A stretch of 63,992 bases of DNA, filler included, from Octopus bimaculoides (taxonomy: Eukaryota): assembly GCF_001194135.2 (NCBI RefSeq). It is 5 parts of 4 records of this genome, joined end to end, with 100 filler letters (N's around TTAATTAATTAA, not from the genome) between each part and the next. Parts side by side here need not be neighbours in the genome. Positions count along the whole stretch, not along the records: positions 1 to 14,173 come from NC_069001.1; positions 14,274 to 36,786 come from NC_069001.1; 3 more parts are not named here. One strand, 5' to 3'. Of this stretch, positions 12,853 through 23,520 are shown piece after piece. The position numbers and the translations under genes were made by a program. The first letter of the stretch is position 1. Each line of letters opens with the position of its first letter. The notes beneath the pieces were generated by a model, which ran no database searches, was not told the DNA's origin, and worked only from the letters and a program-made list of their open reading frames with translations.

Positions 12853-14028
12853 CCAAACAAGTGACACACACTAGCACATACATTCATAAACATCTGTTTC
12901 AGTACAAGCATTGGCATTTTCTCATTGCTCTAAATTCAGGTTATGCAGCACAGTTAGGCAATTGATGCTGCACTGGTGAAATCAATAAACACAGACAAGT
13001 AATTCAAAAAATTACAACAACAACAACAACAGTAACAGCAGTAGCTGCGACAACAACAACAACAACCATTATCAGCAGCATCAGTCAGTTCAGATAAGTA
13101 CGTACATGAACTGAGTGCAGAAGCACACAACTGCACACTGCATTACTTCTCAGTGCATTTCAATATGCAGATCTGCTCTAATTTCTTCTCTCTATCTATA
13201 GAAGATTTATATTCAATTGGTCACGTATTTTCCCAAACTATCTGACCGAATATAAATAAATTTTCTATCAAGAGATATGGCATCTAAAGCACACATGCAA
13301 TGAATAAATGTAAGTTTGTGCTTCTTGATGGTATCCCTGTTTGTGAGAGATGTAACATAAAAATTTATATAATAACAATAACGGTAATAATGGTAATTAG
13401 TAAAATAATTAGCAATAGAAAAGATTTGGGGCAGGGAGGCATATCTTCCTTTTCTCGGACACACTTGTAGATAAGCAAGCCAAAACCGAATGCATGGCTA
13501 CAACAATGAAGGGAATGTACGTGCATGCATGTATGCAAATATATATTTATGAGTTGATGAGAGGGAGTAGGGAGGCTGTGAAAAATAGAGAGAATGTAAG
13601 CATATATGCGTACATACATATATCATGTTTTCCTGCAGGGTCTCCTCTTGTCTGTGTGTGTGTAAATGCATGTCTGTATGTGTGTGTGTGTGTGAGTGTG
13701 TTTATATGTATAAGTATGTATATAAAAGTGTGTATCTCTGTATTATGTGTGTATATGTGGTTCCAGGTATATATACACCGTGCATAAATGTATCTGCAGT
13801 GAAATACACCAGTGAATATTTTACTTCTTTTTATTTGCATAGATAAGTAGTAAGAAAGACTGGTGAACATGGATATATACTACCTAACAGAAATTTTACT
13901 TAAGTTATCTTCTTACTAATGACTAGATTGTGTCAATGATATTCGAAGTTACTGTCAAACTTTCTTTTGTACACTATATATATGTATGTATATATATATA
14001 TGTATATATATATATGTATGTATGTATG

Positions 14029-14063
<35 letters not shown>

Positions 14064-14110
14064 GTATATATGTATATATATATATATGTATATATATATA
14101 TGTATATATG

Positions 14111-14141
<31 letters not shown>

Positions 14142-14473
14142 GTATATATGTATATATATATATATGTATATATNNNNNNNNNNNNNNNNNNNNNNNNNNN
14201 NNNNNNNNNNNNNNNNNTTAATTAATTAANNNNNNNNNNNNNNNNNNNNNNNNNNNNNNNNNNNNNNNNNNNNAATTCTCTCTAAGCAGGACAACCACAT
14301 TATGTTGGCAAATAATCTTTACTTTAAAGAACTGTTACTGGATATCTCTCTTTGGGAGATTTAGAAATAATAATGACTGCATGTCACTTTGAAGATAATA
14401 TATATTTTGGAACGGGAATTCAGTAACGCCACCTAGCCAAGCAGCTACTCTGTGCTGATAAGGGGCAGTAACC

Positions 14474-14668
14474 CAGAAGAGTTGCAGGAGATTCCGAAGT
14501 CGTCTGGAGGCCGGGGTTGAAGCTAATGGCGATTTTATTGAATAAATTTACTCTTTCGTATTTCAAGATATTTTAAAGTAATTTTGGTAAATATATCTGT
14601 TCAAATGAGATGTCAGTGTTATTTTCATTTTTACGTGATTTAGACGACAATTTATTCAACGCACCCTG
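14474..14668 (+). mobile_element. Tc1/mariner (maT/DD37D-like) 3' fragment with right TIR
   Basis: Frame reads QKSCRRFRSRLEAGVEANGDFIE* (stop 14543-14545), a typical mariner-superfamily C-terminus, followed by a TIR end ...GCACCCTG at 14668. Confidence 0.7.
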
Positions 14669-14784
14669 ACGTACACATACACACACACACACACACATAC
14701 ACACACACATACACACACACATACACACACATACACACACACATACACACACATACACACACACACATACACACACACACACAC

Positions 14785-14925
14785 ACACTTGAAATTTATA
14801 GAAAAACGAAAGACGAAGACAAGTGTTTGAACAAGCAGGTGTATTGGTCTGATGCTTGAGAAAATGAAAAAGGCTTTTGCGTTTCAAGCTTTCAAGCCTA
14901 TGCTCTTCAACAGAAAGTAATAAGA
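14785..14925 (-). mobile_element. Penelope-like pseudo-LTR-type unit with a degenerate hammerhead motif
   Basis: Homologous to the units at 19528-19665, 19885-20045 and 20056-20225. Minus strand reads CTTT-CTGTTGA-A-GAGC-ATAG-GCTT-GAAA-(8-nt duplication)-CGC-AAAAG. Confidence 0.6.
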
Positions 14926-16679
14926 GAGTGTTTATGTGCGCGCGCGTGTGTGTGAGGATGAGGGGGGAGGGGAGTGTGTGTGTGACTGTGCACGACTGAA
15001 AACAAAAATTTTTCATAGCAAAAGAAGTAAAAAGAAATTAAAAGTTATTGAACATAAAGAAAGGAACAAGTGGAATTCTGAAATTAGAAATGGTGTTAAG
15101 TTCTGTTTGTGCATTATTGGCAAAGAGTACAGGGAAAATAATTTTAAAATGTAAAATGAAATTTGTAATCAGCCAGCAAAGAAAGAACTTAACTCTTTCA
15201 AAACAGATTCTTGCAATCTAATAGACGTAGTAAGATTCGTAGTAAAGGTGTACAACTATTGAAAATAAAAGACTTTTAGTCTCCAATAACATTACCCATA
15301 TATCTATAAAGTATAGTACATCAATTGATATAAGTCTATTAAACTAGATGCTATATCTCAAACCATCCTAGTATAGGTGTCATAAAAGAATATTTCGCCT
15401 CACACATTATAATTATCACTAAGAAAGACCATAAGCTAAACAACTCTAAAAATTAAATTCTAAATACTTTGCAAATATTACAAGCAGAATAAGACATTTA
15501 TATCTTTTCCTTTATAGAACATAGAATGATTTATTAGTATTATCAAACAAGTATACTTCAACTTTATTCGGTGCGATATTTTTTATTTTCATGCCTCATA
15601 ACTAAACGTTTTATTCTCAAGCCTGTGGCCTATGTCTCTGTAAAGTATTCGGCAAGTAAGCATGCAAAAGCAACTTTTGTGGGTTAAAAACATATGAAGA
15701 TGGACGTACAATGTGGCTTTTTTAAAGTTTTATATTCAATTGAATGGAAAAGTATCAGAAGTAATATCTTAGACTGCATAAAACATTTCCCATAATAGAA
15801 GGTCATTTTTACACAGGTTATAGTAGCCTCCTGGCATCATGCAACAAGAAAGATGAATTAGATATATAACAAAATCGTATAAATTTATTTGTTGGTTCAA
15901 GATTAAGAATTATAGTTGAAGCTAATCTACGTACAGTTAAACTTAGACACAAACTCTGCACTTATAACGCAACACGAAATTAGTTTCAATAAATAAGAAT
16001 TCCAGTCAGCCGCACAATATTCTAAGAAATTTCATTTCTAAATATTAATAAACCTATCTTTATATTATCATTAGCGTAGCAACATTAATTAGCGCCTCGT
16101 ATATAATAACGATGCTCTTTGCAATATTGGATTTTCAGATAAAATTTAATGTGCAAAATATAAGAATAGAAAAAATATTCGTAGTATAATCCGAATTTTA
16201 GATGTATGCCTGAATAAATATTGATAAACAAATTCTAAAATTAATTTCTTTTCATTTTTTAACAGAAAACATAGATAGCTATCAAAACATACAAAGATAT
16301 CAGAAGCTCAGTAGAAGTTAACTATTTTGTTTGTTCAAATAATTAACCATTGCAATTCAGGAAGGGTCTCTAACATCAATATATCCTATTCTTCCTCAAC
16401 AGTATTTGCATAGTTCTTAATCATTGTCTTCTCAAAGTCAATTATCATTCGGAAGGATTCGTTTATTATACAAATGTGTAGCTGGACAACAACTTTATGC
16501 TTTGATTTGATGGGTTTCAAAAAATTTTGGACAAGTGCTTTGTACTGAAATGCAGCTTTCTGGAGTAAACCTTGTCCTATACAGGTGAAATTTTCCAAGC
16601 ATACTTTGTAAACTCCGTTTAAACAAGTTTGCATATTTTTCCATGATGCTTGTGTGTAAAATACACCATTTTTCCATGA

Positions 16680-16933
16680 TGCTTGCATGTAAAATACACC
16701 ATTTCGAGCATGGCTGTTGCCAGTACTGCCTGACTGGCCTTCGTGCCGGTGGCATGTAAAAGCACCCACTACACTCTTGGAGTGGTTGGCGTTAGGAAGG
16801 GCATCCAGCTGTAGAAACTCTGCCAAATCAGATTGGAGCCTGGTGTCGCCTCCTGATCCACCAGTCCTCAGTCAAATCGTCCAACCCATGCTAGCATGGA
16901 AAGCGGACGTTAGATGATGAGGATAATGATGAT
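16680..16933 (+). mobile_element. RTE-clade LINE 3' UTR/tail, 5'-truncated
   Basis: Near-identical to 28720-28944 and 25465-25549 (GGAAGGGCATCCAGCTGTAGAAACTCTGCC...GCTAGCATGGAAAGCGGACGTTA) with a (GAT)n-like tail; the same tail follows the RTE RT at 24531. Confidence 0.85.
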
Positions 16934-17134
16934 GTGCATTGAGCAAAAAATTTGCGGACAAAATTTTGGGTACCGATAAAGAATTATTTACATTTTGTAA
17001 AAGTGGTTCTGAGTTATCCGCAGTTTAGCAGTATAGAATATTTTTACTTGTCAGATGGTGCTTAAGGTCAAGGGCGCTTCCCAATATAATAATGTTGCCC
17101 CACACGTTTTCGATTATATTGATTCTAGTTTATA

Positions 17135-17420
17135 GGCGTAGGCGTGGCTGTGTGACAAAAAGTTTGCTTCCCAGCCACATGGTTCTGCTTTAAGTCTTAT
17201 TGCACGTTACCTTGGGCAAGTGTTTTCTACTATAGCTTCGGGTGGACAACAGCCTTGTGAGTGAATTTGGTAGATGGACAATAAAGGAAGCCCGTCGTAA
17301 ACATATGTGTGTGTGTGTGTGTCTATGTGTCTGTTCTTCTCCCCCCACCACCACCACTTGACAACTGGTGTTGGTGTGTTTACATCCCCATAACTAAGCA
17401 GTTCGGTGAAAAACCAATAA
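17135..17420 (+). mobile_element. tRNA-derived SINE, family 1 (CORE-like ACCTTGGGCAAG domain), 5' part
   Basis: GGCGTGGCTGTGTG...CTTCCCAGCCACATGGTTC...ACCTTGGGCAAGTG...TTCTACTATAGC, shared with more than 10 copies in the window. Confidence 0.85.
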
Positions 17421-17704
17421 ACACTTCTTTGCAAGAATTGGTCTGCAGAGTCATCTACGTTATCACCATAAAAGAAGCATACAGCAAAGAAGAAACTAAA
17501 TTCTTGGCTACAAGATAATGTCACTGCTACTACGTCTCAGTATATGCGCTTATACTCCAGTACTCATGAGCGCAGCATATACGTTTACACAATCTTACGA
17601 CAACACGCAATTAACAGAAACTGAAAGAAACCCATCATTTATATATATATTTCTATGTGTTTGTGTGTACATATGTGAGCGTATGTATGTGTGTGTGTAT
17701 TTCT

Positions 17705-17905
17705 GTTTGCATCTCCCTCGATCTCTTGACAACTGGTGTTGACAGTTTACTTTCCTGTAACTTAGAAGTTCAGCAAAAGAGACCGATAACACAAGTACCA
17801 GGCCTTAAAAAAGTACTGAGGTTGATTTCTTCGACTAAGAATTCTTCAAGACTGTACCCCAGCATGGCCGCATTCTAATAACTGAAACAAGTGAAAGATA
17901 AACGA
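17705..17905 (+). mobile_element. SINE family 1, 3' part
   Basis: TTGACAACTGGTGTTG...CCAGCATGGCCGCA...ACTGAAACAAGT, matching the 3' halves of the 40332, 44338 and 46168 copies. Confidence 0.75.
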
Positions 17906-18030
17906 AATGATTTAGCTTATTGAGTGTATTTTCAACTTTAAATTGTAGTTTGTATATTTTTATCTTTTGTAACGAGCTATTATGCGACAGAGAAATGTTT
18001 GTTTGTAGATGAGTGTTTTGACTGCTTTAG

Positions 18031-18330
18031 GTTGATTAGACCTATAATAAGTTATTTAGCCTTATATTAAGTTGGTTAACCCAATATTAAGTTGATTAAC
18101 TGTATATTAAGTTTATTAGCCCTGTATTAAATTGAGTAACCCCATATTAAGTTGATTAACCATATATTAAGTTTATTAGCCCTATATTAAGTTGATTAAA
18201 CCAATATTAACTGGAGTAGCCCTATATTAAGTAGGTTAAGCCTATATTACGTTGATTAATCCTATATTAAGTTGATTATTCTGAAATTAAATAGAATAGC
18301 TCCATATTAAGTCGATTAGCCCAATATTGC
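18031..18330. repeat. 20-bp minisatellite, about 15 copies, consensus CCTATATTAAGTTGATTAAC
   Basis: Units stay in register every 20 nt from 18041 to 18321 with substitutions only. Confidence 0.95.
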
Positions 18331-18432
18331 ATACTGTGTGTTTAAAGCAAACAAACAAAAGAGAAAAATACTGAAATTCATATTGTCAATTTAAAGGAGA
18401 TGATAAAAATGTTTCCATGGGGTACATATTCC

Positions 18433-18611
18433 CCACCTGGATGGGACACCAGTCCATTTAACGTGCTACTCAATTTTGCCAGCAGAGTAGAAATGGTGCA
18501 ACGTGAAATGAAGTGGTTTGTCCAAGAACACAATGCATCGCCCTGTCCTGGAATCGAACCACAACCTTACGGTCATAAATCCTACACACTAAGCGTTAGG
18601 CCACGCACCTT
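18433..18611 (-). mobile_element. tRNA-derived SINE, family 3
   Basis: Reverse strand begins GGTGCGTGGCCTAACGCTTAG...GGTTCGATTCC (A/B boxes); matches 9818-10030. Confidence 0.7.
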
Positions 18612-18862
18612 CACTAATTTAGAGAAAAACACTTAATTTGCTTTTTGAATGCGAGAGTGAAGTGTTTCACCGCAAAACAAAACTCCTTCATACTAAATAA
18701 AAACATTTCCAAACTGTTATAGTTTTTGTTTTTCCATATATCAAGTAAACACCATTTTATTGTTTTACTTGAGTTTTTACGTAACCTTCTTGAGATAATA
18801 AATTACGTTTCAACTAATGGTTGCTTTAAAAAGACAAAGCCCAAAATGCCCAACTTTTTCAC

Positions 18863-19200
18863 AATTTCGACCCCAGGACTTATTCTTTGTAAGTCTAGTA
18901 CTTATTCTATCGGTCTCTTTTGCCAAACCGCTAATTATAGGGACGTAAATACACCAGCATTGGTTGTCAAAAGATGTTGTGGGGACAGACACAGACACAC
19001 AAACATACACACACATACATATATATATATATATACATATATGCGACGGGCTTCTTTCAGTTTCCATCTACCAAATCCACTCACAAGGCTTTGGTCAGCC
19101 TGAGGCTATAGTAAAAGACACTTGCCCAAGGTACCACACAGTGGGACTGAACCCAGAACCATGTAGTTCGTAAACAAGCTACTTACCACACAGCCCCTCC
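18863..19200 (-). mobile_element. SINE family 1
   Basis: Reverse complement of the family 1 body with its internal (CA)/(TA) tract. Confidence 0.85.
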
Positions 19201-19415
19201 TAGAGCAAGAAGATGGAAGGAATCCATGTTGTCGCTATTGTAGCTAAGAATAGACTATTTATTTGTGCAGCTGATGATAGCACTAAATTTAAATTGGCGT
19301 AAGGATTGCATTGTTCAATTAAATGGAACCGCTTTGAAACCGTTGTACTGCATTATTTCTTGATATCCTGTTGCTTATTTTGATTATATATATATATATA
19401 AATATACATACATAA

Positions 19416-19505
<90 letters not shown>

Positions 19506-19617
19506 ATATATATATATATATATATATGGGAGAATATACAAATAATAACAACAGACGAGGACAGGTGGTGTAAATAACAAAAGTATATATTAGTATGACG
19601 CTCGGGAATATGGAAAG

Positions 19618-19654
19618 TCTTTGACGTTTCGAGCTACGCTCTTCAACAGAAAGA
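19618..19654 (-). ncRNA. Minimal type I hammerhead-like motif (A6U core variant)
   Basis: UCUUU-CUGUUGA-A-GAGC-GUA-GCUC-GAAA-CG-UC^-AAAGA: 5-bp stem I, 4-bp stem II, GUC cleavage triplet. Confidence 0.6.
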
Positions 19655-19978
19655 ATACGGAGACAAGGAGAAAAACACGGAGAAAAAAAAATTTAACGAA
19701 AATAGCTTGTGAGATCCGTAAACGTAGAGTCCAAAAAAAGTACGAAGATCCAGAGGTAATCCAGGTGACGAGCTGGTATGTGGATGAGAAGACGTGCTGA
19801 AAGGTCTGGAAGTGGTTAAGATATACAAGTCCAAGTGAATGGGAAGATCAGTCGTGATTAAACTAGGGTAGTACGGAGAGCATATATATAATTCAAAGTT
19901 ATGGATAAACAAAAACGAAGACAGGTGTAAGAACAAAAAGCAAGTTTATTAGTTTGATGCTCGGGGAAAATTGGAAAA

Positions 19979-20016
19979 CCTTTTACGTTTTGAGCCTATG
20001 CTCTTCGACAGAAAGG
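19979..20016 (-). ncRNA. Minimal hammerhead-like motif (A6U plus G12A)
   Basis: CCUUU-CUGUCGA-A-GAGC-AUAG-GCUC-AAAA-CG-UA^-AAAGG; perfect 5-bp stem I. Confidence 0.5.
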
Positions 20017-20092
20017 AATGAGAGGAAATGAGTAGAGAGAGAATGAACTCAACACTTTTTTCTCATTCTCCCTGTATTTATTTTCTCTTATT

Positions 20093-20130
20093 CCTTTCTG
20101 TCAAAGAGCGCAGGCTCGAAATATAAAAGA
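20093..20130 (+). ncRNA. Degenerate hammerhead-like motif (A6U, G8A, stem III CG to UA)
   Basis: CCUUU-CUGUCAA-A-GAGC-GCAG-GCUC-GAAA-UA-UA-AAAGA. Confidence 0.4.
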
Positions 20131-21077
20131 CTTTTACATTTTTCCCGAGCGTCAAACTAATACACTTAATGTTGTCCATACATCTGTCTTCGTCTTTGTT
20201 TATCTATAAATGTGAACCATATACATACATACATACATACATACGTACGCACATGCATATATATATTAGGTGAAGAGTGAGCTTTGCAACAAAGTTATGT
20301 GTTGTGGAATAAAACATTCTGATTGTCTTTCTGTAAAAAAAAAAGTAAGCACACCAAAAAATAATTGATTATTATATTTTGTATTTGTTATATGTTATTA
20401 CGTGTCTGGAGATTTTAAACTAGGATTTCGTGTATATATATGTGGATAACTCGAGCATTTTGTATAATCTGAATAAAGCTAGAAAAATATTAATAAAAAG
20501 CTGGAAGATTGTTTCAGTGATCCCAAATGGAATTAAAATACGATTTTTCTCAAATCATTCTTGTTCTACATTAATGAATGTGTNNNNNNNNNNNNNNNNN
20601 NNNNNNNNNNNNNNNNNNNNNNNNNNNNNNNNNNNNNNNNNNNNNNNNNNNNNNNNNNNNNNNNNNNNNNNNNNNNNNNNNNNNNNNNNNNNNNNNNNNN
20701 NNNNNNNNNNNNNNNNNNNNNNNNNNNNNNNNNNNNNNNNNNNNNNNNNNNNNNNNNNNNNNNNNNNNNNNNNNNNNNNNNNNNNNNNNNNNNNNNNNNN
20801 NNNNNNNNNNNNNNNNNNNNNNNNNNNNNNNNNNNNNNNNNNNNNNNNNNNNNNNNNNNNNNNNNNNNNNNNNNNNNNNNNNNNNNNNNNNNNNNNNNNN
20901 NNNNNNNNNNNNNNNNNNNNNNNNNNNNNNNNNNNNNNNNNNNNNNNNNNNNNNNNNNNNNNNNNNNNNNNNNNNNNNNNNNNNNNNNNNNNNNNNNNNN
21001 NNNNNNNNNNNNNNNNNNNNNNNNNNNNNNNTATATGTATATATGTACATGTATAGATATGTATTTGTATATATATG

Positions 21078-21133
<56 letters not shown>

Positions 21134-21191
21134 TACACATATGCATATATACGTGTGTTTGTAACCATGTATGTACTTTGTCTATATATAC

Positions 21192-21222
<31 letters not shown>

Positions 21223-22065
21223 CATACACTCACTCACACAGACGCATGCGTAATATACCTGCTTTCGCCGTACAAAAGCGATATACTTACATCAGTCGAC
21301 TCTCTAATTGGTTGTATTGACGCGTCTGTTATCTTTTTTGAGTACAATCATAAGCATTCATCATACATGTAACCATAAGAACTAAACATAATTACACACA
21401 CACACAAACACACAAACGCACACGTATGCGTGCATAAATAACAATCAATGGTAAAAAAAGAGGAGAGAGTTTGAAATAAATTCTGTGATAATACCGGAAT
21501 TTATGTTTACAATTCTATTCTGCTGTTATCATTTTATGAAATGTGTTGAAAGATCTCACTCTCCTTCTGTATTAACGTCTTCAGTAAAGTTCATGTAGTG
21601 CTTACCTGCGACTTGTTTTTCCCTAATGCCTTCCTTCTAAATGAAATAAGGTTTTTTGATTTCTTTTTAAGACATGAAGTTTGTCCTTATGAAAATATGG
21701 AAACGATTAACTATTATATTATCCAAATTTTGAATTGGTGACCGTCTGCGATCGCTGCTAATCAACAAATTATAATAGTGTGCTTATTTTAATTACATCA
21801 CATTATATTCTGGGTACAAAACACTCTGTGAACTACTTTACTTTTATCCTTCCTTTGTTAATGTATGTTAATATATCAAATACCAGTAATATACTAGGTA
21901 TTCACGCAAATACATTATAACCTTCTTTAATGAACTTTTGACTCTAAATCAATGTTCCTATATATATATATATATTTGTGTGTGTGTGAGCGCGCGCGCG
22001 TGCTCACGCATGTGCGTGTATATATATATATACACATATATAAATTTGATTCACATACCAAAAGA

Positions 22066-23520
22066 GCTACTTTAACAGTGTCGAGGGATTTGAAAGACTG
22101 TTCTTGTCCAGGCAACAGCTACAAGAGTTCCAAGTTGATTTTGTTGACAGCGTCATTATGTGGAGCTAAGATGGCTCGCTCACAGACACATTGACTGTTG
22201 CTAAAGTTTTGTGCAATGTTTGGGAGCACATACATTATGAGATCGTTGACAGTTGGTACCATCTCACCACAAGGTAGCCGGTGTGGCTGCATTTTGGTGA
22301 CATACGGTAGTCGCTCATTCCCTATCTTCAGAAGCTGGCATGAAAACAGCCCAGCAGTTTAATCACCAAATGATTAGGTCCTTATGTTAACTGTCAGGGG
22401 CAGTTTAGTCACGTGCCTCCACGGAGACAGGCCTGTAGTTCATCTGATTTTGTGCCTTTTGGGATCACAGGAAGGGCTTGTCTGAAATCCCCAGCCAAAA
22501 CTACAGCGACCCCAGCCATGAGAATGTCCTTTCCTCTCAAATCTTTTAGGCTACGGTCAACAATGTCAAGTGCTTCATGGTGAGACATGGTGCATTCATC
22601 CCAGACAATCAAGCGCATCTGTTGCAAGACCTTGGCCTTTGCTGATGTCCTAGAAATGTTGAAGATTGGAATCTCTGTCCTAACTAGATTCGAGGGAACC
22701 TTAAAAGTAGAATGAGCTGTTCGTCCACCTGTCAAGAGAGTAGTTGCTATTCCTGAAGGCGATACTGCCAATGCAATGCACACATCTAGACGGACTCTTG
22801 CTAACAAAAAGGTTTATCAGAAACGTCTTGCCAGTACCCCCAGGACATCCAAAAAGAACAGACCACCCTTTTCTTCCTGACTCATTTGAATAATGCTGTC
22901 CGTTATTCAGCTTTGGCTCATTCTCTGTTACATAGAGATTGTTCATGTTATAGGATGTCTCCCTTCAAATTTCCTGGTCTGTTCTGGACTGTTCTTTTAT
23001 TGGATCTAACAAGCCATACTCCTGCAAAGGTTTTCCTCCAAGCTGAAGGACTTTGTCTTCAAGAAGAAATAGTGCCTCATTCTTGATGTTGTCAGTCAAC
23101 TGGATTTCAAGATCTTGATTTTGCCTCTGTAATCTGTTAATGATGTCTTCACAGAAGGATTCCTGATGATTCTCCCACAGCTTGTGAGGGCTAGAGATGT
23201 CGCAAGCCTGAAGCATAATGGCGAAGAGATTCCGCAACTGAAATGCAGAACAGGAAACAAATACCTCATCTAGAGTCGTATTTCAGTGACTGTCATTTTC
23301 AAAGAGGCCATAGAAATGGCAATCTTGTCGGTAAATCACAGACATGGCCATTGAAAGTCTTCAGATCTAGGAAACTCTCTGGACCATGGATTGTAAACAA
23401 AAGGAGCCTCGGAAAATAACACTCAAAGTTGTTGTGATGCACAGTGTAGACCCTTCTCAATGATGAATGTCTTTTGATTTCTGGATGCCTTTCAACAGTT
23501 TGACCAATGGCACGTCTCAT
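22066..23520 (-). mobile_element. Helitron Rep/PIF1-helicase pseudogene fragment
   Basis: Rep C-terminus RVYTVHHNNFECYFPRLLLFTIHGPESFLDLKTFNG; linker LRNLFAIMLQACDISSPHKLWE; Walker A PGGTGKTFL; GGRTAHSTFKVP; LIVWDECTM; LAGDFRQALPVIPKG; and ERAILAPHNDAVNKIN...LPGQEQSFKSLDTV at ~22200-22070. Frameshifted. Confidence 0.95.

Larger units (their letters stand above)
19528..20225. mobile_element. Cluster of three Penelope-like pseudo-LTR units: two tandem on minus, one inverted on plus, each with a minimal hammerhead-like motif
   Basis: Units at 19528-19665 (-), 19885-20045 (-) and 20056-20225 (+) share GACAGG...TTAGT.TGA.GCTCGGG...CTTT.ACGTTT.GAGC....GCTCTTC.ACAGAAAG. Confidence 0.7.

Noticed and set aside
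13110-13165. Possible miRNA-like hairpin
   Set aside because: Pairing is short and interrupted; not a credible pre-miRNA stem.
14218-14229. TTAATTAATTAA islands inside N-runs (also 36831-36842, 52422-52433, 62047-62058)
   Set aside because: Identical 12-mer centred in ~100-nt gaps with stops in all frames: an assembly padding marker, not biology.
16386-16826. 146-aa minus ORF
   Set aside because: The N-terminal half is antisense RTE 3' UTR; the remainder has only a vague resemblance to a mariner HTH region that I cannot support.
17135-17210. tRNA genes suggested by A/B boxes in repeat heads
   Set aside because: They are SINE heads continuing into shared SINE bodies; no complete cloverleaf seen.
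18031-18330. CRISPR-like regularity
   Set aside because: Contiguous 20-bp units with no unique spacers, in eukaryotic DNA with no cas genes.
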